A stretch of 64,000 nt of DNA, taken from NCBI GenBank assembly GCA_977016875.1, contig CDRNST010000144.1, forward strand, positions 7,316,001 through 7,380,000, written 5' to 3'. Every line of letters begins with the position of its first letter. Within the stretch, counting starts at the first letter, position 1. This DNA comes from Pavona decussata (lineage: Eukaryota). The translations under genes were made by a program, and so were the position numbers. This document shows positions 23,974 to 36,476 of the stretch, piece after piece. The notes beneath the pieces were generated by a model. The model had not been told where the DNA came from. It saw only the letters and a list, made by a program, of their open reading frames with translations, and did not search any database.

Positions 23974-25469
23974 ACAAAACGGGCATTACCACCCTCAGAG
24001 AAAGTGCCCTCTAAGCGTGGTCCACTTTGCACAATATAATCCTTTCCCATGCTGAGACTCCCGCAAAGTCAGGAAAAATGAGAACAAAAAAAAAAGAGAA
24101 GGAGCCCCCGGGAAAATCTGGTATTTACACACACTGTCCTCACCAAATTTCCTGCCATGAAGTTGATTTAGGGGCTGTAACAGGCGCAGATGTTGTTATG
24201 AGGTTTTGCTAGTTTGTATGACGAACGTCTCGGAATGAGACAAGGCTTTGTATAAGACAACAGAGAATCCAAGCATCAATTTGGGTCAAGTCTCCGCAAA
24301 AACTAAAAACAATAACAAAGGCAGGCAATTAAAAGGAATTGTAAGAGAGTAAATATCCTAAGCTTGAGCGCACGTGGCATGAGAAAATGGGAGTAATTTA
24401 ACTTCAAAATATCAATTCCCAAACCCAAGAAATCACAAATTGTCCAGGCTAAAAGCTATCAATATAAACTAAAAAGGGCATACCTCTTTCCCCGATTAAA
24501 CCATCTTGGTACAGTGCAATATGTACGATCCTACAATGGACTTTCTGGTCTGTTTTACGTTCACAACTGTAAAAACTGATATTCAATCCAGTCAATTACA
24601 AACTAATTACTTTTGCAAAACGTGGGGTGCTCTGATATTGATATTTCCACAGCACTGGACCAGCCAGGGCTGAGTTCGACCGTTACCTGTGTATGATGGC
24701 CCCACACATAAAGTCATAGTTTGTCACGTGGTGAGCCATTCTAGGCTGGCACCTGTTGCCTTTACCTATTTTGATTTTTATGAAGATCTGTATTTTGTTT
24801 TCTTCAGGTTTGAATTGCAAAGCCTCGTATGATGGGCTACTATTAAATTATTTTTGAATCATCATTGAGCCTTTCCAGAAAATATGTCGTTGAAAACTCC
24901 ATTGTCAACAGTGTTCCCACGAAGTTGAAAACATGCTCCACCTTGATCGATGCACTAAACTTTTTGTAACGTTCAGTGACAAATTGTTCAACGCAACCGA
25001 CACCGGACCAATTAAAAGATCAATGGCACAAAACATCGCTGAGAGTGGTCTCTCTTACGACCTTCAGAAACTGTACACAACAACTTCATCAGCGTGAAGA
25101 ATAAGGACAAATACCCGAAAAAGTCTCACATAAAGAAGGTCAGCATTGTACAATTTAGAAGTCTCGCAATCTCAACATTCTGAAACACCGACTGACACGT
25201 GTTCTGCAAGCAGTTTGGCCCATTTAAAACTTTCGCTTGATGCTATTTGACAAAAAAATGGCTAATCTAGCCAGACGTTGTGAGGAAATCCAGTTCAAGG
25301 TGAGTCCAGGAGGCTGTAACGGCCACTAATTAATCTTCTAAGCAGTAGACAACTGAAAACAGCAAGATCAACTGACTCTGAAACTCTCCAAAGAGTAGCT
25401 GCACACACGAACAAACACAACAGTCAGCGGTAGTCAGAAGAGATAACTATTGATCTCATAGAATCCAGA

Positions 25470-25976
25470 TTTTGAAAGCGCGCGTAGGAATTACTAAACT
25501 TGCAAAGGCTTTTACATAAAAACAATTCCGGTGACCCCCTCTTTTTATTGTTTCAATATGATATTATTATTGAGAGGAAACAGCAGAAAAAAATTCAAAA
25601 ATTCTATGCAAGAAAATTTTCACCGCATAAAGATTGTCTTTTTTTCCAAATTTACAAAAAATCCGTTCCGTACAATTTTTTTTTTAAATCATTTGGCATT
25701 TTCCTTTTCAAATGCCAAAAGCTATTACTAAAAAAACAGGGGGTCACCAGGTTAATTTTTTAATTATTAGTGCTACAAGCTAAGAAGTAGGTCTGAAAAA
25801 TCCTTTGAAAACGTTACCATGGAAAACGGCAGTGCCAAAATAACACTTAATTTTGGTCAACTAAAAATTATATAATTCAACCCTACAAAAGTGTAACAAT
25901 GGCCTAGGTTTATCTTTTTGTCCTATTCTTTCAAAGTCATAAACTGTCAAAAAGCTCAAAACTGGTACCAGCCACC
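25470..25976. mobile_element. One terminus of a Kolobok-like element
   Basis: Ends GGTACCAGCCACC followed by TTAA (25977-25980). Partner end not found. Confidence 0.55.
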
Positions 25977-26039
25977 TTAAATGCCTATAGCCCCTTGGAG
26001 TAAATGAAAGTGACTTCCTTTACAGCCAAAAGCGGTCTA

Positions 26040-26300
26040 CGCGGGTGCGTAAGAACTAAATCTTGAGTGTTTCATAAAACCTTAGTTTTTTCTGCACACC
26101 CTTTTGTTGTTAGCGCACGTAAATTGCTAACTTAACAGTTTAACTCGTGAATAATTTCTCCAGCGCACATGTACGATGCCGCTTCAAATTTCAATTGTAA
26201 TTTGAAAGTTAGTGGCGTGTAACGCATTTTACAGCCATTCACCCTGATGAAGGCTGATATATATCTGGCTCAAATATAGGAGTCTCACACGATACCATCA
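26040..26300 (+). mobile_element. Penelope pLTR-like fragment with decayed hammerhead motif
   Basis: CCCTGATGAAGGCTGA-TATATA-TCTGGCT-CAAATATAGG: CUGAUGA core present, GAAA replaced by CAAA. Confidence 0.45.
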
Positions 26301-26643
26301 ATTGGTGTACCTTCATTTACATTGATATACTTTTTCCTATGAAGTTCATTTATACCAGAAACCATTTCCAGCCAACAGATGTAAGTAAAAAAGTACGAAA
26401 TAACCTCGAAGAACATCATGCAGTACTCAATATTTGAGTCAACAACCGGAAGATAGATTTATAGAATCATAATATTTCGGTTTAATTCAAAACCATTTTC
26501 TCAAACTCATTAATAATTCATCAAGAGAAAACAAAGAAAATCACTACCGTGACCGTGGTTTGCATATGTGATCCTAATTACCAAAAAATTTTGCCAACTT
26601 TAGCCTTGAATTTCTCCAAGAATTATTGATCATTTGAGAAGCC

Positions 26644-26784
26644 ATATCAAACACGCGAAAGTGTGTTTCATCAGATATCCAAACACCTTGAAGTAGTTTA
26701 AAAAAACTCGGCTGCGCCTCGTTTTTTCAACCTACTTCTCAGTGTTTGGATATCTGATAAAACACTCTTCCTCGTGTTTGATAT
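26644..26784. repeat. 141-bp palindrome of Crypton-terminal type
   Basis: ATATCAAACACG...CGTGTTTGATAT, centred on AAACTCGGCTGCGCCTCGTTT. Confidence 0.85.
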
Positions 26785-27263
26785 ATTACATCAAACGATG
26801 GATAATTTTACAAACTAGCCTAGCTTATATATATTACAAGAAATACAAATATCACACGCATCATTTTGTAAGGAAACAAGACGCTGTGGTAGCGTATACT
26901 TGGGCGTCATTGTATTAGAAGCATCTGCAGGTTAGTTCAGTCTTTAATGACACGTGAATGATAAAAGAATCGGTGAGAGTCTAAGGCATCACTTTGTATT
27001 TGCAATAAACGTGATGTAGTTCAACCGAAAATGTCACACAAAGGATGAATAAACAAAATAGAACATTACTCTCTTTACTTTAGTAAAGGCAGATAAGAAA
27101 CATTTCAAGGTTTGTTCACTGGATCCCGATTGCCTGCTTAGTCACATTATCCCGAAGAAGAAAGAAACTAAGTATCAACTTAGAAACAAAACCGCACATC
27201 GCCCGGAGATTAAGACTGATAGATTTAAAAATGCTTTTGTAAATAGGCTTATTTTTAGATATA

Positions 27264-27972
27264 CAGTAGAAACCCGTTAATACGGTCACCAATGGGTCCA
27301 AAAAAATTGGCCGTATTAATGGGTGGCCATATTACCGGGGCAGGGTCAAATTTCGTGACTTGAGGGCGGTAAATAATGACAAAGATTTACAGGACAACAG
27401 TACTATATCAAGCTACTGAAGAACCTTCTGGACTTTGAGAATAATCTTTCTGTGAGACATATCTGCAAGACAGGCGACATAATTACAAAAAAAAAAAAAA
27501 CACGTCCATCTGCTTTGTGACAGCATGCAATGACTTTAAAAGTTGCTTTGTACAGTAATTGACCTAACCTGAAGACGTAAGTAGTATCAATCGTCTTTGT
27601 GGCGAAGTACAATGACTTAAGCAGATGTTAGCATCACAATTCACTGTATTTCCTTTGTCGTGTTTTTAATGACAATGGAGTAGTGTTGCTTACTTTGTAA
27701 AGTAAATCGGTTGTTTGATTAGAGTAAATGACAGAGCTCAATGAAATTGATGTGTCACAGGCGTTTTGGTTTTCTAAATTTAGCATGAGTGGACGTATTA
27801 ATGGGGTGAAATTATAAAGGATTGCACTGTTTGGGATTTCAAAATGTGGCCCAGGCCGTATTAACGGGTGACCATATTAACAAGGGGTTTTTATAAGATA
27901 TTATATAGCCCTTTTGATGGGCCAAAAAAATTGCCAATAAAAACGACGTGGAAGTAAGGCAGGATTCCACTG
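27264..27972. mobile_element. Tc1/mariner (pogo/Tigger-like) MITE
   Basis: TA|CAGTAGAAACCCGTTAATACGG ... GTAAGGCAGGATTCCACTG|CA, with repeated CCGTATTAA subterminal motifs. Confidence 0.75.
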
Positions 27973-27974
27973 CA

Positions 27975-28101
27975 ATTTTTAATCTTTCTATCATCTATAT
28001 ACTTTATGTTTCCTTCTAACAATATATGTAACTTAAGATGTCTTTTTATCTTAGAAGGAATAAAGATTGATTGATTGATTGATTAATATTATTGATTGAT
28101 T
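27975..28101 (+). repeat. LINE-type 3' tail with AATAAA and (GATT)n
   Basis: GGAATAAAGATTGATTGATTGATTGATT. Confidence 0.5.
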
Positions 28102-31100
28102 AAACATGTCGGATTTTGTAACCATAAAGTGCATCTAAGATAAGATGAATTTTGGCGACAAAGGAGTATTTGTGGTTCCAGTGGTAGTGATGAATTTTGG
28201 CGACAGAGGAGTATTTCTGTGAATACTTTTCCACCCAGATACCCTTATTTTCTTGGTTTTCTGTGACAGATGTTTGAGCTTTTTCACTGGTAACGCGATC
28301 TGGGAACACAATCAGGTCGAAACACAGCTGTGAAATCCAACATGTTTATTTTTGAAAAAATCTCAAAAAAATTGCATCTATTCTCACTGGAACACCATTT
28401 TCCTTTGGTGGACTAGGTACAGTAACCTTCATAGTTTTCCAACACATCACTACGATCATCAAACACAATCACAACAGATTTTACTGATGCACAATCGCGA
28501 ACATTGCACTTGAGGAACATGAAAAAAATATATATATATACAAAAACTAAGCATAAATTAATACAGCAATCAGAAATATCCCTGCATTTACCACAACAGG
28601 TACGAAAGTGGAGCAACTGCTTTCCATTTTGCTTTGACAATCTGTCCATTCGTCCATTTTGTATCACTGAATATCTCTTGCTTTTTCTTCGAGTACACGC
28701 ATCAACCCATTCCAAAAACGCTCAGCATCTTTTAGTGTGGGTCTACTGTGAACGGCGTGTGTATTTGGATGTGGAATGAGCGTACTAGACCACATTTCTC
28801 GTCACTTTTACTCAGCAAAACAGCAACACAATATCAACTTGCTTGAGTGTCAAAAACCATCATTTAGCCACCAGGGGATGAGATGCCGCTTTAAGGTGAT
28901 TCTCTGGTTGTGCACTGAGCATCCGGTTCTGCGCATAACATTGCAAAATCCAAGATGGCAGCTATTTGTAAAGCCGGCAGCAAAAACAAATTAAAAGACA
29001 AAAAAGGCCAGTTTTGTACTGGAGGAAAGCTCAAACGTGGCGAAAATCTTTCGGCTGTTATGGCAGGGAAGTGGTCTTCTTGGAAAGTGAACCTTTGGCG
29101 AAGGATCGATCGAACAATCATTTTGCTCTTAGCGGGAGATGAGTTGTCGAGCTGGGAATTTTAGCAAAAGCCCTGGATAGTGGATGCAAGGCCTGTTGTA
29201 CTCCACTAAAGTTGACCAACTGTATAGAGGAGACACTGTCTGGTCTAGGATCTTTTCTGTACATTGAAAGTTCCAACAGAGAATGTGGTGAATTGAAATG
29301 TGTGCTATACGAACAAGACTCATCATGTTGCCGGCACAACTCGAGGACGGCCGATCTTTGATTTCAACACTAAACTAGCAGCAGGTTAGTTTTTTTTCTT
29401 TTCATGGTTACTTCAGATCTAGACTTTACTCAGCCCAAGACCAGCTTTCTAAATACAGTGTATCTTTAAACTTGATTTAATGGGTTATATTTGACATCTT
29501 TCAGGAATGCTTCGCGCTGGAATATAAACCCATATAAACGTGTTGTTGACTGCTCTAAATGTCCCCGTAATTGGCGAGTCAACTCTGAAAGCTAGGGAAT
29601 GCGAAATAGGGCCGATAATTGATGAAATAGCTAAATCATCCTGTGAAGTTAACTTGGAAGAAAAAAGAAAGAAGTGGGAGGGTGAAGGGCAAGAAGGAAG
29701 TGATCGATTGATCGGCGCATCCTATCACATGGGACGGCAGAAGAGAGGAAAAGGGCATAACAGTCATACGGGTAGGCTAATTTGGTTTTGTTTACTTTGT
29801 AACAGCAGCATATTAAAGGCACCTATCAAACAGAAGGACTATAGAAAAATTCTTCTCAAATACGTTTTCTCCAACCCTGTTGTCACTGTTCATGTTGTTG
29901 TCCTGTTGTAGTAATCCAACCTACAACTCTTTTCAACATCTTTAGTTCTTCATGTACCAGTTGTGCATGCACATTCATAACCAAACCTAGCCCTGGTTGT
30001 TCAAAAAGTGAACTTTATCTAGAAAATAAATTGCTGTATAGTGACCAAATTAAGGCTGCAAAAACCCTGTAAGTAAAACTGTCCACCGTTTTGAACACAA
30101 TTGGGACCATAAGCCATTATAAGCACTCTTTAGTCCCGGAAGGGGTTACTCCCCTATATAAGGGCATGGTTTTTGAGCCGTTTTGGTCTCAAATAGGGTA
30201 TAGATTTTTGGTCAGGTCTGTAATAGGGTAAGGAAAATCATGTCACACGGGTAACGGTTTCAAGAAGCAGACCACACACCCCACCAAAGTTTTATACATG
30301 TACATGAATAACTGTCATACCACTTGCAGTGTCATTATTAATTAGTTCTATTTTTTTCGGGAGTTGGTTCAATGATTGTGATAAAGTCAGGAAAGGTCAT
30401 TGGTTATGGGAGGAGGACTAGGTGCTGTGCAATTTGTGAAGCGGCTGGCCGAAATGGAAAGCAGTCAAGGCAACATGACTGCCGTCTGAACTGGAGTGCA
30501 TCATCAAAGGCCATGGAGGCAGATGTTTGTGCTGATCTTGTTAAGGGTTGCAGTGCAAAACATAACACTCAAGTTACAATCTTAGTTGGAGATGATGACT
30601 CGTCGACAATCAAGTAAGGGAAGAGGTCAACCATGATGTTGAGAAGTGGTCAGACATTGCTCATGCGATGAGATCCTTTGGAAGTGCTCTGTGCAGCCTT
30701 CAGAAATAGCATAAGGGAAACCTCAGTGTCAAAGTAATTGAATATCTTCAAACATGTTTCACCTATGCATTGAAGCAAAACAAGGACAATCCAGAGGGTG
30801 TGAAGAGTAGTTTGGGTGCTGTAATTCTCCATGCATTTGGTGACCACAGCATGTGTAACATCAGTTGGTGTGGCTACTTGAAGGATTCAACAAACTACAG
30901 CCATGGTTCATTGCCATATGGAAGAGACCTCCAAGAGGACAACCTCGAGCAGGATCTGCAAGATCAAATGGACGTGTTCATAAACAATACTGGGAAGCTA
31001 GCACCCTTGGGAACAAGCCAGCCAAATGAGGCCCTGAATAATACCATTGGAAGCAAAGTCCCTAAGATCAGGCATTATGCTGCTAGTGAAAGTAATGACT

Positions 31101-31509
31101 ATCGAGTGGCATGTGCAGTAAGCCAAAAGAATGTTGGCCATTCGTATGTGACACAGGTAAGCAACTGTTGGATTTCAAAATACATAACAATTATTCGTCA
31201 AAGGCAAAGTAAATATTGCTGAATATTTACTGAGACGAAATTCAGTATAAATTTCACAGGAGGATATCAAATAATGTAAAAAAAACTCTACAAAATATGA
31301 AAAACACACAAAAATGTTTCTTAGCTTAGCAACCACACCACGAAATCCTATATTCACTGGGTGGGGCAGTAAATATAATGCAAAAATTGTAGTTAAATGT
31401 GCATACAAATACATTGAGATTCAAATCCAATTATTTACCCTAATTATAACAAAAATGAATACACAACCAAAGAATGTAAATATTGAATCACACTAATGTA
31501 CATATAATA

Positions 31510-31765
31510 AACTGCATCTGCTATGGAATCAATTGCCTCTTGAACTCAGGAGTATTACCTCTGTTGACCAGTTCAAGATGCAGTTGAAGATATACTTATT
31601 TAAATTGGCTTATGATGTCTAGTTATTAGTAGTTTAGTTAATTTCATTATGATAGCTATTAGTTTGTATTTTATAGTTTAACCATTGTTGTACAGCTCTT
31701 TGAGCAATTAGTGGACACAGCGCTCTATAAGTGATTTTATTTAGTATTATTATTATTATTAGTAT
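31510..31765 (+). mobile_element. L2 3' end nested in the Kolobok
   Basis: LWNQLPLELRSITSVDQFKMQLKIYLF*, stem-loop-like CAGCTCTTTGAG..AGCGCTCTATAAG and (ATT)n tail. Confidence 0.75.
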
Positions 31766-32219
31766 CAATTAATACTGGTGTTATCATTATCGTTATCGTT
31801 ATTATTATTATTATTATTTTTATTATTATAACAACAAAGGTTTTTATATTTAGATTCCTAACCAAATCAAATTTAATTATTGTTTCAATTTCAAGGTTTG
31901 AGTAATCCAAAAACACAATCATGTAATATTGAAATTGCTCATTTTGAACATTTCAGGACTTCGACTTTCTTTGTCATAAGTTCTTGAAAAATCTAGCTCT
32001 CACCAGGAGCCCACTGTGAGAAATATTGAAATACGATAGACAGGAAGATTAGACAGCTTAGAGCCAGGGAGAATACAAAAGAATTCAAGAGAAAGAGAAG
32101 AACAAAAAAAGAACAGCGACTGACACAGACAAAAAAGTTAGAGACTAGGGAAGGTCCCCAGTATAAAACTGGCTCGGGGTACAGGTGTGAAAATGTGGAA
32201 GATGGAGAAATCCCACCAC

Positions 32220-33036
32220 CTTACGTCAATGTCGAGATCTGCATCGTCAAGAGGATCATCACCGCTATCACTAAACAGAATGCAGAGATTGTGCAGTATA
32301 ACAGCACACTTGATAAGCTCGGCAGCTCTTTTCGTGTTTCTCACTCTCATTCTCCTCTGTAGAGCATAGAACCTTTTCTTAAGAACGCCATAGAACACGA
32401 TGAATGATATTCCATACTGTTGATTTGGAGATACTATGACAAGAGTGCATTACGTGATAGAAGGAATTTGTACCAAGGATGTGGAGAAATACTAAAAGTT
32501 GCTGTCTTGCCGTTAGTGCTCAGTTACATCTCCTTCTTGTTCAAACGCGGGCCTGTTAATTCCAAAAGATGGCCGAAGGCGTCGACAGGAGGCCGAAACT
32601 TCTCTCGAAATTCCTTTGGCTTTTCGGACCTCAAACAGCCATCTTTCAACAAACTTCCTTGGTGGACGGATTATCCGACGTCTCAGGAGCTCGCCGAGTT
32701 CCTTTTCTCTCGAAGACGACATGTTTTTACACCACAATTTGTTTTTCTGAAGTCTTACTCAGTGTGTTTACAAGTGACAAGCGACTTGTATTTTGCACTC
32801 AGTGGGATTTACAAGTTAGACTCTTGTAAAAATACAGGTCAGACTCTTGTAAAAGTTTTATTAAATTGGATTCTTACCATATTTCACACTTGTAGTGCTA
32901 CACCTGTAATTACAAGTCGGACAGTTGTAACAGGGACTTGTACCGATTTTTATTAGACTCGTCTCCGGCTGCACTTGTGAATACAATGATCCGACTTGTA
33001 GATTACAAGTGTAAAAGTTTTATTGAAGTGACCCCT
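32220..33036 (-). mobile_element. Internally deleted Harbinger-type element nested in the Kolobok
   Basis: Minus strand YGVLKKRFYAL...IKCAVILHNLC. Terminus GGGGTCACTTCAATAAAAC with ACTTGTA/TACAAGT subterminal repeats at 32780-33020. Confidence 0.75.
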
Positions 33037-33039
33037 GGA

Positions 33040-33155
33040 TTCTCCCTCCAGTTTCGCAGATGGTGAGGGTTATTGCTCATTTGAGAGTGTGTAAAGCGGA
33101 GGGGACACTTGTTATTCCTTTGTGGAAGTCTTCGTATTTTTGGCCGTTGTTATGT
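33040..33155 (+). mobile_element. Fragment of the DIRS/PAT-type methyltransferase-like domain
   Basis: PPVSQMVRVIAHLRVCKAEGTLVIPLWKSSYFWPLL fits the PP....I..........GTL..P.W....WP pattern downstream of RNase H in DIRS elements. Confidence 0.65.
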
Positions 33156-35938
33156 TATGTTCTTTATGTTGTTATGTTCTTTCCTTGCACGAGCAGCCAT
33201 CTTGAAACTCGCCCCAGTCTTCTCTCGGGAAAATGTTTTTTCGAACTGAGGGAAGGGCAATCTCTTGGCAATTGTGCAAAAACGAACATGGTGAACCCCA
33301 TTTTTCATTGGACGAAATTAAAGAAAATAAGACTCTCCAAGTTATATCCCAGTTTCAAGAATTTTTCATTGTTCAATTTTTCGAAAAAATTATAGTGGAA
33401 TCACTATTACGATCAATTTTAGACTTTTCGGGGGAAGCGTACAACCGCACGAATGTCCCCTATTATGCCATGGGATTAATTTATTTAGCCACTTTATGGC
33501 ATTTTACTACAAAGTTACAGTACTGTTATAAGAAACATGCTAGTATTTCATTGTCACTACTAACTTTCTGGAAGTAGTGAGCACTTCTTGCCGAAGACTA
33601 GCTCTTTTAATATTGAGGTCACATGGCTAGAAAATAGTGAGATACTACAGCCCTCTTGGGAGAAAACCAGCACGGTGACCCCCCCCCCCCCTCCCTTTTA
33701 TTTTATTTTTCTGATGTACTAGGTGTACTTAACATCTGTAGAGTTTCAAAAAATTCTCATTACAAACTTTCTTTCAATGGAATCACCTTAAACCGCAAGG
33801 TAAACAAACAAATGGTGTTTTGATCGTTATCACTCCAGAAATCGCGCTCAGATCGCATTTTGTCTCACAGATTCATTTGCTTTTCCAACTTACTTCAATG
33901 CTTGTTTAGAACTACCTTCAATTCACCAAAACAAGCAAAAGCGTCCAGTTCATCCCATAATTGACTGCTACGTGCTCGCTCGCCGTTTTTAGAGAGCAAA
34001 CGTGAGATTCGCGGTTTTGTTTTCTTGAAAAAATGAGTACATGGAAGAGAATAGTGCGCAATAATTATCACCTTTGATGCTAATGCAACACTTCTGAGAA
34101 ACTGAAAACAGAGGGCGGCAAATGAAGTATAAACATAGTCACATGGTCATCTCTGCCACCAAAACAAAAACCCCCTTAGGGTTTCAAGTCGTAAATCATT
34201 ACTTGCTACTGTTTTATCGACAAATTGCCGCATTTAACATGTTGCCCAGCTAGAGAACACTGTAGGTTTTTCATTTGGTCCACTTATAACTTGGTAGAAT
34301 CACATAACACCCTGATGCTCCTGACGCACCACATTCTGCAACGACTAAAATCATCCTTTACTTTCCAGAAAATTAACACCACCACTTGGGAACACCAGTT
34401 TCTTGCATATCAAAAATATTAGCTGCAAAGTTTATGAATATTACTACGTACCCATACCATTTAACAGAACGATAACTTAAACTTTGTCACATTCACGATC
34501 CATCAACAGATACAGGAAAGATACAGCAACAGTCAAATCAACCAACATGTAGCGCACGCACAGTAGACCCCTCTTTGCCATTTGAGACTTAACAAGATAT
34601 CCTATTTAATACATTGGGCTCTACGCAAACAATACCAATTCCTTAGTGGCTTTGATCCCGGTGTTCAGGCAGAGTTTGACATTTTTAATAAAAAGGGATT
34701 CCAAGAAACAGACCTGATATAAATTACTGTTGGTTGCGAGAATTGAAGCAGTGCGTAGTATAGCATTGTGGATGCGATGGTTAAGTTTGACATCACATCT
34801 TTTGTTTTTGATAGCATTTATGCAGGTTGTGCAATTCAACAAAGTGTCTAAATTGTTCACAATTTTGTAAGTGAGAGTGCATGGCTGAGTTGTGATCAGT
34901 AATTCGGTGTTCATCAAGACAGAGTATAAGGCAGCGATCCATTTTGCCGATATAACGCCCTTTGCATTCCTGGGCGCTGAAGTTGATAGATAACATGCGA
35001 CTCGATGTTGAACGGGATGGGATTTTTGTGCTACAGAGAGATGATAGCTTTCTGGTCTTATGTTATAGGACTTTAAGATAAGCCTTTTCTTTGCATCATC
35101 ATTAAATTTGCTTATCAACCTTTTTATGACTGTTTTGCCAGCGTTACTAGCGTACGCACTTGTATCCAGATGGTTTTCACATCAGGGTCATGCTTAGATT
35201 TATTGGAGGTATCAGTGCTGCTGTGTCATTTTTCCTGTGCAAGTTTAAATTGGCGTAAGAGACCCATCGGTATCCATGGTCGAAAAAGTTTGTTGAGTAC
35301 ATTGCGTATTCCGTCCACAGCATCAAGCTGTCCTGGATATAGTGTGTTGTATTTGTGGTGTCAACAATAGGATGGAACTTTGGTAGTGAATCGAAGGGCT
35401 TGCGTGTTTTGGGCAAGCAGTTGGCTCAACCATGGTTGGCTGTTACGGGTCACATAAGTTTCTTTTCTTCACCTGCTACTTCTTTCTGTTTGTGAAAGGC
35501 GTTGTTGAATCTCTTAGTCAATGTTGGATCAGTTTTGATTCGCTTAAATTCTTGAATGTCAGAGAAATGGATTTGATGGCCATAATGCATATCTTTCCCG
35601 ATCAATATAACCACAATGCCATTTCCTTTATCTGGTTTGAGTATCACACAATCTTTCTGTAGGTTCCCGATGACTTTGATTCGCTTATTGCCAATACTAT
35701 ACTGTCTGTCTATCAACAACGAAAGATGTGATGTCGAACTTAACCATCACATCCACAATGCTATACTACGCATGCCTCAATTCTCGCAACCAACAGTAAT
35801 TTCTCTCAAACCCTGCATGAACACCGCGATAAAAGCCACTAAGGAATTGGCATTGTTTCCACAGAACTTTGTTAGGATTCTTCGCTTTATTTCTTTACAA
35901 AATTATGCATGTGATATTTGTAATTCTTGTAATATATA

Positions 35939-36407
35939 CACTCAATTGCAAAAACATTGACACCTAAAAAGCCTAAACCGTGAATGATGAGACCCAACGG
36001 ATTTGTTTTGGTTGTGTTTAAACAATAACCTCATTTCCATTATCAATAATTACCATTCCCATTCTTTGCAATAAAAAATACAGTACTGACTTGATTCTTC
36101 CCAATAATTTTCTACCAAATATTGCTCAAGTTCATTGCCTGTTTTGAACTTACGCAAATCGCGAACTGTATTTCACTCAAATTGGCCCTTGTTGGCCAAC
36201 TTGGACATTTTAATTTGAGGATAGCTTGGACAGTTTCCATCATTCACCACGTGTAACTCATTTTGGTCATCAACTGTCGCACAGAATATTAGAATATTAG
36301 CATAGAATATTATACAAATAAATTAGTACACTTATACCCATAAAGCCATTGGGTCTCATCGTTCACAGTTTATGCTTTTAAGGTGTCAACGTTTTTGCAA
36401 TCGAGTG
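35939..36407. mobile_element. Tc1-like MITE inserted in the Penelope pLTR
   Basis: TA|CACTCAATTGCAAAAACATTGACACC... and ...GGTGTCAACGTTTTTGCAATCGAGTG|TA; roughly 60-bp TIRs. Confidence 0.85.
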
Positions 36408-36440
36408 TATAAGCTACAGTTGTTTGCAAAGTTATCCATT

Positions 36441-36476
36441 GTTGAATAATGGTTTGGAATTAAACCGAAATATTAT
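36441..36476 (+). ncRNA. Degenerate minimal hammerhead-ribozyme-like motif in the Penelope pLTR
   Basis: TTGAATAAT-GGTTTG-GAAT-TAAACC-GAAA-TATT: stem II and GAAA intact, CUGANGA core altered. Confidence 0.45.

Larger units (their letters stand above)
28895..33787 (+). mobile_element. Kolobok DNA transposon with intron-containing degenerate transposase
   Basis: TTAA|GGTGATTC...GAATCACC|TTAA. Exon remnants: GRRVVELGILAKALD..C..C, KRGKGHNS, HDCRLNWSASSKAME, VGDDDSS, HAFGDH..C..WC, SQPNEALN. Confidence 0.88.

Noticed and set aside
23980-25460. Possible minus-strand transposase remnant beside the Kolobok-like end
   Set aside because: Too degraded to assign by eye; needs tBLASTx.
28142-28217. Short duplications (also 45666-45707)
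   Set aside because: Two-copy 20-30 bp local duplications with no further structure.
33850-34600. Possible minus-strand transposase remnant
   Set aside because: No motif I can support.
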